Assembly (NCBI GenBank): GCA_951406725.2
Contig: OX597829.1
Span: forward strand, 32,178,001-32,242,000
Reading direction: 5' to 3'
Length of the DNA stretch: 64,000 nucleotides
Source of the DNA: Octopus vulgaris
Taxonomy: Eukaryota
Position 1 is the stretch's first letter. Every line of letters begins with the position of its first letter. The notes beneath the pieces are model-generated. The model did no database searches. It had not been told where the DNA came from and saw only the letters and a program-made list of their open reading frames with translations. The position numbers and the translations under genes were made by a program. Shown piece by piece: positions 49,298 to 61,482 of this stretch.

Positions 49298-52200
49298 CCA
49301 TGTCAATGAAAGTGCAAAACTAAATGATTTGTTGACAGAAAATTACCAAGATAGTTCAGTTTATAACTCAACACTATTTTCATGAGAAACAAATTATAAA
49401 CATTTAGACACACATGCAGACAATATCATGACAGTGATATAAAATACATTCAAATATTGCTCACATACTTGATTTTTATAAGCACTGACGTGGCTGTTTG
49501 TTTAATAAGCATACTTTGCAACCACAAGGTGTTGGGTTCAGTCTTACTGCATGGCACCTTGGGCAAGTGTCTTGTGTTATAGTTCTAGGTCAACCAATGC
49601 CTTGTGATTTGATTTGGTGAATGGAAACTATAGAAGACAGTAACAAGACAGTACATATGTATGTCATCCTTTAATGTCTGTTTCCCATGCTGGTATGATG
49701 GCTCTGTTTGTCTGCTGTCACAAGTATTCCATTTTTCTTATATTCACCTTCCTGTATCTTGAAGGTGTGCTATGATACATCCTCACCACCATCTCTCCCA
49801 AATGGAATAACCATGTCTTTCCTAGCAAACACCATACTTTAATCTCTAATCACCTGGCATAAAGCCACTTCCCTCAGTACTACTCTCCACCTTAATCGAG
49901 GAGTCTTGTGAGTTACTTGCAGACCTAACCATTGCTGGTTCTACGTAAAAAAGAGGATTCACTACATTTTGTAAAGTGGTTGATGTTAGGAAGAGCATCC
50001 AGCTTTAGAAACCATACCAAAAGACATTGGAGCTTGGCACAATTTTCCAGTTTACCAGCTCCTGTTGAACCATCCAGTGTGTCAGCTTAGATGTAACAGA
50101 TGTTAAATGATGATGACTTAGATGTTAGATTGTCTTATGAAAAAAGATGAACTCCTTGTTATGGAATTTGCTGTGAATCATCAAAATTATTGTATGAGCC
50201 ATTAGCAGTCCAGCTGGACAAGTTTGTGCACCATTGATCTATGAGTGTTTTTTCTTTCTTACTGCTGATTGCTCTTTTTATAGTTGGTTACAATAATTCA
50301 GACAATTTGTCTCATAATGCCTTGGTTTGTATAGAACCAATGCATTGTCTGACAAAATGCTTTGCAATTTTTAATTAAGTTCTTCTGTGTTCAGTTCCTG
50401 CTCAAGTCAGCCTTCATTTCATTCATCCAGGGTCAATAAAATAAGTATTCATCAAGATATAATTTATGATCTCTATTCTTCCCTTCAAAATTTGTGGCTG
50501 TTTGTCTATTAGAAATCAATAAGCCATAGCTATCTTTAAGGAAGAATCTATCACCACCACCACTCTCAATCACATGTCATTTAACAAAAATTATGGATAT
50601 TTCGGTCAGAAATAATATTCATTCAATATTTGAGGTGTAGGGCATGGCTGAGTGGATATATTTAAAAAAAAAAATTTTATTATTAAAAATATGTGACAGA
50701 AACAGTATTAATACCAGGAGGTCATATTTATTCCTACATAAACATGGATGTTCTGTTAGAACAGACTTTACTGTGGTAGTTACCATGAAAGAAACTCTCA
50801 TATTGGACATTTTGGTGCGAAATGCTCTTTTGTTTATATTGGTAGCAGAGATAAATACCGGTCATCTCCAGCGCCGAGATCACCAGGTAATGTGATTTCA
50901 GCCTTCCTTGGTCTCATCAATGATGGATACTTGACTACTAGAAATAACCTTTTTAGTTACATGGATTTGAATTTTATCATGAGCTAACCAATACCTTGCA
51001 GTTGGAATAATTGGTAAATGGACATTATGGAAGCCTGTCGTGTGTGTGTGTGTGTGTGTGCGCGCGCGCGCGCATGTTTCCTCTCTTTTACATTGAATCA
51101 CTATTTCATGATTATTCATCATCCTATGTCTAATGCTTCCTTTTTGTTCTTTCCTCTTGGCACCTTCCATCCACACTCACCCTTGTAATATAGGGTAGTC
51201 CTAGACCCTCCTCTACGCAAACCACTCTTTTCCCTTTTTTTTTCAATAGCCCCTGATATTAATAACTCTCATTTCCCCTGTTTCCTACCTTACACCTCTT
51301 CCAAATGTCTACTGTTACTCTCTCCACTACTACCCAATCACAACTATAAACCTGTTCCTCTCGTCTTGCCTTCCTTGTCACCCTGCCTAGAATTTTATAT
51401 TGCATATTCTTAGTTTTACTAGTTGTGATCATTACATGTGCCCCCCCCCTTGCGTGCGCGCTTAGTACACAGTGTAAAATGGTTGGTGTTAAGGTTATTC
51501 AGTCAAAGCTGATATTAGAGAGTCTCAGCCCTCTGACTCTTCAGATTCTGTTGTACTATCTAACCTATGCCAACATAGAAGATGGCTGTTAAATGATGTG
51601 TGTCTGTTAACATTTCACATGAAATGAATGAAACTATTCGAGTGAAATGGTGATGGTGAGGTTATTTTCTCTTAAATTCTGTAAATATACTGTTGAAGAC
51701 AAATGGATTTAAAAAGTCCTTATTTAAAAGTTAAGGGTTGGCAACAAGAAGGGCTGTAAAATACCTCAATAAGTATTTATCTAACCCAAGCTGGTATGTA
51801 AAGACATGTAAAATGAATTGCTGATAGTTCAGTAGCCAGAGATCACATATCGATTATGGATTGATATTAAATATAGAAGCTCAAGCATAGGCTGTGTGGT
51901 TAAGTTTGCTTTTCAACTATTTCAGGTTTAGTTCCTCTGCATGACACCTTGGGCATGTGTCTTCTATTATAGTCTTGAGTCAACCAAAGCTTTTTGAGTG
52001 GATTTCCCTCTCTCTCTTTCGGAGAGGCACTGAGCAGCTATACGCACACATACACACACGGCAGTAACTTCCACCTACCGAATTCAATCACAAAGCTCCG
52101 GGTTAATGGAAACTGAAAGAAGCCTGTGTGTATGTCTGTGCCTCTTTTTCTTGACATCATGCAATTAGTTGTCATACAAGCAGTTAAAATTGTTTCTTAT

Positions 52201-52689
52201 CTGCTATGAGAACATGTCTAGTCATTGGAATATATTATATTGCTTGGAAACTAGTGAGTTGCTGACAGGAAGGACATCCAGTTGTGGAAAACCTGCCTCA
52301 GAAAATTGTGGGGCCCATGCAAGCATGGAAAAGTGGACTTTAAAATTGACATTATGATGTTTAGAAAATTCCACTCGGCTTTTGTTACTTTTCTTTTATG
52401 AAAACTGGACTATGTAAAGTATATGATGTAACTTGTTGAGCCTCAACCATTACCTAATAGACCTGATCAAAGATATTCTAGCTTGGGTCATTGCCTTTCT
52501 GGGGTCTTCATTATCCAATATGTTGCTTTCTTTTGTGTTTTTCTTTAAAAAGCAGTGTGTGATTTTAGTAAGATTTAGCTTTTACCTATAGCAGGTTGGC
52601 TAACTATTTAGAGGAACCTTTGTTGAGACAAAGATGTAACTCTGATTAAGATCTGTGTTCTGACATTGTTACTATCCTGTCTTTTCAAG

Positions 52690-54337
52690 TGAAATGACAT
52701 ATTGGATTCTAGTGGATAACAGCTGGCTGTTTGTCATGGCCTTGTCTGACAGAGACTACTGTTTCAGTTTGTACAGGAGCTTTTCCCACCAAATCTTGTG
52801 CTACATTTGCTATGATGTGGTAGTAGTTCTCTTACTGCTTTGTCTTTCTCCTCCACACCAAGGCTTATAGACAAATGTAGCAAAGTGACCTGCTGAAGTG
52901 AAACTGATGACACATCTATATACTACATTACCTAGTGTCCTTAAATATCATACAATATGATTTGAGGTAGATTTGACTATTGTAAGTTTAGTGACCATGT
53001 ATAGGCTCCTTCATTGAATTGATTCAAATATCATTTTGTCTGTTTTTTTTGTTAGCATGGGTTGGTCAATGTAATGTGTAGGAAGTCTGTAGTGACAGAA
53101 ACAATTCAGCCAACTTTGACTTGCTGTTCACAGAATTGAAAATTGTAGATGATAGAAGAGTTACGAAGTAAAAATGGTTATGGGACATTAGTTGGAGCTG
53201 AAACTATATGAAGTAAATGCTTCTTAAGCTCCAACAGGCCTTTAGTGCTTAGTTTTGGTTTCATTGTATTAAGGAAATAAAAATAAATCTGTTCTTTGAT
53301 AGAATGCTTGTCTAAACTGATTTGGTATCTACTTCAGTATAGACTGTTGAACTAAGGCAAGATAGAATGTGTTCTATTAAAAGGCACCTCCCCATTAAAA
53401 AAATTACTCAAGATGCACGAGCAGATGGCTCCATGTGACCATCTAACCTCATCTGAAGTATGACAAAATAGGTTATACATGTGAAAGCATACTCTAGTAT
53501 TGCTCCATAAATATTTTGGTTGAACATCCAAATTTAATGTGGCGAATGTGATCAGCAATTAAAAGTTTGACTGGCTTTATTGAAGTCATCACCAAATTCA
53601 TTAAGGCTGGTATTGCATGACACTATTTATAGTTCTAAGTACATGTGTTGCTTAAATTCCTTATCCGTTGAAGTCCTACAATATGGTTGAAACAGATTGT
53701 TGGCAATTGTTTTCTAAATGCAGGCTGCATGGGACATGGCTCATCATCATGTAGGCTGCTCTACCGAAAAATTCAAAGTAATATTTCATTAGGTGTGCCA
53801 TTCAAAAATCCTGTGAGCTGCAGCTTGCTCAGATTGTATAGATATGACATGACATATTGTCTCATATAGATTAGTGAAAATTTTAAGGTGAATTAATTCA
53901 AATATTATTTACGTATTGTAAATTTTTGGTTTAAACCTTAAACTGCTGCTGCTCTGAAGCAGATATTAGACTAAATAAATTAGTCATTGTTACGGCTATT
54001 TGTTTAGGTAGGATTCCATGTATTTTTTTAAATTATTAAAAAAATTTAGCAAATGTGACTAGTTAGACACATTGACTCTTACCTTTCCAAAGCTACAATA
54101 GAATATTTATGAAATGACATTGGATTCTAGTGGATAACAGCTGGCTGTTTGTCATGGTCTTGTCTGACAAAGACTACTGTTTCAGTTTGTACAGGAGCTT
54201 ACAAAATCTTATGTTACATTTGCTATGATGTGGTAGTAGTTCTCTTACTGCTTTGTCTTTCTCCTCCACACCAAGGCTTAGAGACAAATGTAGCAAAGTG
54301 ACCTGCTGAAGTGAAACTGATGACACATCTATATACT
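52690..54337 (+). repeat. Direct duplication of ~230 bp (52690-52924 and 54110-54337)
   Basis: Both copies run from TGAAATGACAT..TGGATTCTAGTGGATAACAGCTGG to GAAACTGATGACACATCTATATACT, with few substitutions and small indels. Confidence 0.92.
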
Positions 54338-56899
54338 CAGTACAACATTGCACACTCATCTGTTCACAGCTTTCCAGCTCAGCCTGACCTTCTCTGTAGT
54401 GGAAGGTTTCCCAGAATTCTATTATTGGAAAATGTAAATGCTTGTTTTAGAACTAGTAAGCTCATGAAATTTATGAGCTGAAATCCTATTCAAATAGGGA
54501 TTAGGTATCGGTTTGCCTAAAACAGAACTTGGGTAAATGTCTAAAGACTTATTACTGCTACTGTTAGTACTATGACTGCTGTTACTGCTATTGCTGCTGC
54601 TACGCTACTGCTGTTACAACTGTTGCTACCACTGCTGATGTTATCATTGCTACTACTACTACTACTTCAATGTTGCATCATTGTCTTTGCTTCTCCTTGT
54701 GAACTGTGTCCACAACCATGTTCCTACACTTTAGTGCAGTAGAATTTACCATTATTACTGTTGGGGAAAAAAAAAAAAAGAACATTACTACTGACAATTT
54801 CTTTACTCTTTGAAGTTTTTTTCTTTGCATATGTCACAAATAATTTTTACAGAAACAGCTTTCTGTGCAGTTTGAATCATAACGGTGGTTATATTAATTT
54901 TCACTGTTGGGTCGATGACATTAAAAATGTTAAGCAAACTGGGTTGACTCAATGAACCATATGTGAGAAATCATTATCGTTGTTAGTAGGTCAGATTGTC
55001 AGCTGATTATTAACTCCTTCCGTGAAATATATAAAACACAATAGAACTACTATTATCATTTCTTCTCATTGGTTGTATATTAGGAGCTGAAGATAACTTA
55101 GTGATTGCTATGCAGGGTTCTAGATCAAATAGCAAAGTCAACTGAAGTAGTTGGATGTTTCTGGTCTATTGGTGGATTAACATGGATTAGACCAGTAGTT
55201 CCTAAATTGACAAAAGTCAGGTCTACCTTCAAATTATTGGTGAGAATTTTTGAGCCCCCTTCCAGCTCCCCTGTCTTTAATGTGAAGACAAAAATGGCAA
55301 TTTGAGTGCCCTTTTATTAATCCTTAGATACCACTCCTCTCTCCTCCCCTTCAGAAATACTGAATTTGACAGTTACACATTAATCATCACATGTAATAGA
55401 TACTGGGACCTTAATCCAATGACAGTTGAATAGGTAATTGAAGTTTTTAGTTTGTTGATTTCTTTTGGAGTAGGTTTCTGTGGTTTCCTCTAGCTTCATA
55501 GGATTTAAGCTCAGCATGATAAGAAAGTAGCAATTATATTATTGCTGTTGTTAGATTTTTGAATGATATTGTAATAGGCGAGTATGGACTGGCAACAGGA
55601 AGGACATCTAACCATAAAACGATGACTCGGAAAACTTGTCCTAACCACACTTGCTGGAAAATGGCTGTAAAACAACAATAACGAAGATGTTTCTATTTGC
55701 ACAAGTTATGTGTATTAACACCATAGTATTAACATGTAAATGTACTAAACCATTTAACACATTTCCGATGATGTGATTGTACCATTGATAGTTTAGGTGG
55801 TGTGGTATCCCATTAACTTATAGGTACGGGCATGAGTATGTGGTGAGAAGATTGCTTCTCAACCATATGTTCAGTTCTTATACGTCATTTTGGGTTAACC
55901 AAAGCCTTGTCAGTGGATTTTGATAGATGGCAGCTGAAAGAAGCCTATCGTAGCTTTTAACTTGATATATCTATGAAAATATGTTATGGGAAACATCTTT
56001 CTTGGAAACCGGTTAGGGTTGGTGACAAGGACACTTGGATGTAGAAAGTCTGTCCTAATAAATTCTGACTAATGTGAGCATGGGAAGTGGACATTAAAAT
56101 GATGTTGTAGACATAACTATGTGGTTTTGGGTTCATTAGCCACTGGGGGCAGGCATTTATAATGTTGCTTCAGCCTTATCAATACCTTGTGAATGAAATT
56201 GGTAGCTGGAAACAGTAAGAAGCCTGTTTTGTATGTTTGTCTCTGCAATGTTGTTTTTATTTTGTTATGAAAAGGGGTATGTTGCAGAAACAGTAATCAA
56301 TTAAGAATCCCCCACCCCAAAGAAAAAACAAAACAAAACTTTATTCTAACTACTGCTTCAAGTTTGCCTTTCATCTTCTTAGGATCAAATTATGTAATAT
56401 ATGCTAGGGATGAATAGATTTTGTTCTTTCTGAATATACACAGACCTTGTATCAATTGTGTGAGAGAGAAATCAGTAGAGGGTAATGATCATTAATTTAA
56501 GATAGTTTTGACAGAATTTCTTCTATATCTTTATTTTTAGATTTAAAACCAGCCCTACTGGAAGTTGTGTGAATGAAAGGGTGACTACTTTGTGCGAAGA
56601 GACATTCAGTTGTTGCATCTTATGTTCATCATTATTGTAGGAGTGTATAACGTCCTAAGATTTACAATTTTAAATGTACGACTGCTGTTTGAAATTCATT
56701 TCCGTTAGCAGATCTGTCTACTGCTGGCATTTATAGTTTGTGCGTGTCTTTGTGTGTGTGTGTGTATGTGTGCGTCTGTATGTGTGTATATGCATATGTG
56801 TTTGTGTATATATTTGTGTATGTTTGCGTGTGTGTGTTTGCGCGCGTGTGTGCACGTGCATGTGTGTGTGTGTTTGTGCATGTATGTCGTGTATGTATG

Positions 56900-57891
56900 T
56901 ATCATTTAATGTCTACTTTCCATGCCGGGCGTTTTGACTGAGGACTGGTAGGCCAGAAGGCTGCACCAGGTTCCAATCTGATCTGGCAAAGTTTCTATAG
57001 CTGGATGCCCTTCCTAATGCCAAGCACTCCAAGAGTGTAGTGGGTGCTTTTACGTGCAACTGGCACAAGTGACCACACTCAAAAGGTGTTTTTTAATGAG
57101 CTATCTGCACGGGAACCAGTCTGCTGGCACTGGCAATGACCACCCTTGAATGTTTTTCACGTGCCAGTAAGGCGATGCTGGCAATGATCACACTCAAATG
57201 GTACTTTTTACCTGCCAATCCACGCCCCTGGCAATGATCATTCGCGGATGTGCTTTTAACATTCCACTGGCAAAAGTGCCAATCAGGCTGTACTGTCATC
57301 GGCCATGTCAGCGATTTTGATTTCACTTGCTTCTATGGGTCTTCGCAAGCAAAGTTTATTGTCCAATAAATGAGGGGTACTCATAAGTGGGCTGGTTACA
57401 CTCACTGGCATAGGCCACAGGCTATGGTCTCACTTGGCATGTCAGGTCTTCTCAAGCACAGCATGTCTCCAAAGGTCTTGGTCACTAGTCATTGCCTCAG
57501 TAAGGCCCAATTTTCGAAGGTTGTGTGTCACCATCTCATCCCAGGTCTACCTCTTCCACAGGGTCCCTCAACTGCTAGGGTGTGACACTTTTTCACACAG
57601 CTGTCCTCATTCATTCACAACATATGGCCATACCAGCGCAGATGTCTCTCTTGCACACCACATCTGATACTTCTTAAATCCAACTTTTCTCTCTGGTCAC
57701 GTATACTCTGTCATGTATACATATTGACATTACACATCCATCGAACCATAGTGGCTTCATTCCTTGCAAGCTTACGCATGTCCTCAGTAGTCACGGCCCA
57801 TGTTTCATTGCCATGTAGCATGGCTGTTTGCACACATGCGTCATACAGTCTGCCTTTTATTCTAAGCAAGAGGGACTTTGTCATCAGCAGA
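56900..57891 (-). mobile_element. 5'-truncated RTE LINE, antisense within the JIP intron
   Basis: PLLMTKSLLLRIKGRLYDACVQTAMLHGNETWAVTTEDMRKLARNE on the minus strand, plus 3' UTR and tail at 56900-57450. Confidence 0.9.
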
Positions 57892-59065
57892 GGTATGTAT
57901 GTATATATGTGTGTACGTATGTATATATGTGTAAATGTGTGTATGTGTGCATGTGTATGTGTCCATGTATGTGCGTATGTGTATGTATATATGTGTGTGT
58001 ATGTATGTGTGTATGTGCATGTGTGTATGTGCATGTATGTATATATGCATGCATGTATATATATATATATTTATGTATGTATATGTATATGTGTATGTGC
58101 ACGTGTGTGCGCGCATGGGTGTGTGTGTATGTATGTGTATATGTGTGTGTGTGTGTGTATGTGTATGTGTGTATATGTATGTGTGTATATGTATGTGTGT
58201 ATATGTATGTGTGTATATGTGTGTGTGTGTGTGCATGTGTGTATGTGTGTGTGTGTATGTATGTGTGTGTATGTGTGTGTACGTGTGTGTGTGTACGCAC
58301 GTGTGTGTATATATATGTATGTGTGTGTATATATGTGTGTGTGCATCTGTGTATATATGTATGTATTTATGTATATGTATGTACATGTGTATGTATATAT
58401 GCATGTCTGTATATATATGTATATATGTATGTATTTATATGTGTATGTATTTATGTGTATGTACATGTGTATGTATTTATGTGTATGTACATGTGTATGT
58501 ATGTATATATGTATATATATGTGTATGTATATATGTATTTATGTGTATGTATATATGTATTTATGTGTATGTATGTATGTATTTATGTGTATGTATGTAT
58601 GTATTTATGTGTATGTATATATGTATTTGTGTATGTATGTATGTATTTATATGTATATATGTATGTATTTATGTGTATGTATGTATGTATTTATATGTAT
58701 ATATGTATGTATTTATATGTATATATGTATGTATTTATATGTATATATGTATGTATTTATATGTATATATGTATGTATTTATATGTATATATGTATGTAC
58801 TTATATGTATATATGTATGTACATGTGTGTGTATGTATGTGTATGTATAGGTGTGTGTGTATAGGTATGTATATATAGTTGTGTATGTATGTATATATAT
58901 GTAGGTAGGTATGTGTGTGTGTATATATAGGTAGGTATATGTACACAGACACATACCTACATATATATACACACACACACCTACATATATATGCACACAT
59001 ATCTATCTATATATATATATATACACACACACCCACCTCTCTATCTATCTGTCTATATATATATG
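57892..59065. repeat. ~1.2-kb compound (TG/TA/TATG) microsatellite
   Basis: Directly visible. Other long simple repeats lie at 2456-2590, 10667-10702, 20720-20955, 26488-26667, 27112-27185, 47026-47090, 49226-49292, 56740-56900 and 59310-59650. Confidence 0.97.
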
Positions 59066-59327
59066 CACCAGCATGGCCGTGGCCTTCGGGCTAAAACATT
59101 TTTAAGGATTTAGAGATAAAACCACTATTAGGCAAATCAAACAGTGAAAAACAAACCAAAACATGAAATTAAAAATAATTAACATAATATACAAAATATA
59201 TAAAATTTAAAAATTTGAATTATTTAAATTTAAAATTAATATATATTTAAATCTAAATTAAAATTTAAAATATATATATATAACTATCAAAAAGTATTAA
59301 AAAGTTTAATATATATATGTATATATA

Positions 59328-59363
<36 letters not shown>

Positions 59364-60125
59364 GAGGTGTGTGTGTATATGTATAGTATGTAGTGTGTAT
59401 ATATACATATAAAGGTATATATAGATGTGTATGTGTGTATATAGATATGTGTATATATAGATATGTGTATATATAGGTATGTATCTATAGATCGGTGTGT
59501 CTGTATGTGTGCATGTATATGTATGTGTGTCTGAGTGTTTGTGTCTATAGGTATGTGTATATGCGTGCGTGTTCGTGTATGTATTTGTATATGCCTCCAG
59601 GTATGTGTTTGTATATGCATTCGTGGCATATCTACATATATATATATATATGTAAACATTAGCACAATAGATTTTATTATTCAGCTGTGATTAAAAATGT
59701 ATTCCAGGTCATTACATTAAATGTATGCTACTGTCGTTTTTTTTTTTTTTTTTTTTTTTTTTTTTGACATTTTATCTGAAATTATGTATACTCTCCATCC
59801 CCTTCTGTTTCTGCTTCACATGAACTAACTCTACATTCCTCTCTTTCTTGACTGTCTGCATCCTCTCCCTTTTTTTTTTTTCTTTGTCTCCTCTTGTCTA
59901 TCAATTATAATTTTCCCTCTCTTTTACATTTATCTACATTTCATTGTGGTCTAGGTTTACTCAACAGTTTTAAGCACGCTAGGATCTGAAAAATATACCA
60001 TTCATTTAGAAGCATACAAAGTTGCTTTTCTCTTCTTCTGTTTCTCAGAAATCTCTGTTTTTTGGAATGGACTTTAATCTTGAACCTCATCAAGTTTGTT
60101 TGTTCTTGCTCTATTAAAATCATTT

Positions 60126-61482
60126 CATCGACTGGCCTCCGTGCTGTGGGCACATGACAAACACCATCCGATCGTGGCCGTTCGCCAGCCTCATCTAGCA
60201 CCTGTGTCGGTGGCACATAAAAACACCATCCGAAGACCCGGCAAGACTAGTCAGGCCATAACCCATGGCCCCTACCTGGGACGTAGTCAGTCCACCTGTG
60301 CATACCTTCCTTCTTGTGACACTTGTGAAGACCTGTTGAGGCAAGTGAAAATCAAAATCAAAATCAAAACAAATCAAAATAGATGAACATCAATGGAATC
60401 TGTATCTTTGTGGTACCAGTGCCGGTGGCACACAAGAGAACCATCCGAACGTGGCCGTAGCCAGTTCCGCATCGACCGGCCTCCGTGCTGTGGGCACGTA
60501 ACAAACACCATCCGATCATGGCCGTTCGCCAGCCTCATCTGGCACCTGTGTCGGTGGCACATAAAAACACCTTCCGAAGACCCGGCAAGACTAGTCAGTC
60601 CACCTGTGCATACCTTCCTTCTTGTGACACTTGTGAAGACCGGTTGAGGCAAGTGAAAATCAAATCAAATCAAATCAAAATAGACAAAATAGATGAACAT
60701 CAATGGAATTTGTATCTTGTGGTACCAGTGCCTGTGGCACACAAGAAATCCATCAGTGCTGTAGTCAGTGCGGTGGGCACATGACAAACACCATCCGATC
60801 GTGGCCGTTCGCCAGCCTCATCTAGCACCTGTGTCGGTGGCACATAAAAACACCATCCGAAGACCCGGCAAGACTAGTCAGGCCATAACCCATGGCCCCT
60901 ACCTGGGACGTAGTCAGTCCACCTGTGCATACCTTCCTTCTTGTGACACTTGTGAAGACCCGTTGAGGCAAGTGAAAATCAAAACAAATCAAAATAGATG
61001 AACATCAATGGAATTTGTATCCTTGTGGTACCAGTGCCGGTGGCACGTGGCACACAAGAAAACCATCCGAACGTGGCCGTAGCCAGTTCCGCATCGACTG
61101 GCCTCCGTGCTGTGGGCACGTAACAAGCACCATCCGATCGTGGCCGTTTTGCCAGCCTCATCTGGCACCTGTGTCGGTGGCACATAAAAACACCATCCGA
61201 GCGTGGCCGTCAGCCAGCCTCGTCTGGCACCTGTGTCGGTGGCACATAAAAAACACCATCCGAGCGTGGCCGTTTGCCAGCCTCGTCTGGCACCTGTGTC
61301 GGTGGCACATAAAATCACCCACTACACTCTCGGAGTGGTTGGCGTTAGGAAGGGCATCCAGCTGTAGAAACACTGCCAGATCTGACTGGACTGGTGCAGC
61401 TTTCGGGCTCCCCAGACCCCAGTTGAACCGTCCAACCCATGCTAGCATGGAAAGCGGACGTTAAATGATGATGATGATGATG
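60126..61482 (+). mobile_element. Non-coding concatemer of RTE 3' UTR units ending in the RTE tail
   Basis: Three recurrences of the junction CACC(A/T)TCCGA|AGACCCGGCAAGACTAG (~60232, 60576, 60859), then extra ~60-bp sub-repeats and the standard tail ending in (GAT)n. Confidence 0.9.

Noticed and set aside
56530-56640. Possible JIP3/4 exon 2 after the acceptor-like TTATTTTTAG
   Set aside because: The phase-0 frame hits an immediate stop, and the open frame does not resemble the expected coiled-coil continuation.
57724-58878. Long ORFs of 300-384 aa (and similar ones at 2363-2702, 20699-20959, 26409-26839, 56705-56941)
   Set aside because: They are translations of TG/TA microsatellites (C/V/Y/M or H/T/I repeats) that simply lack stop codons.
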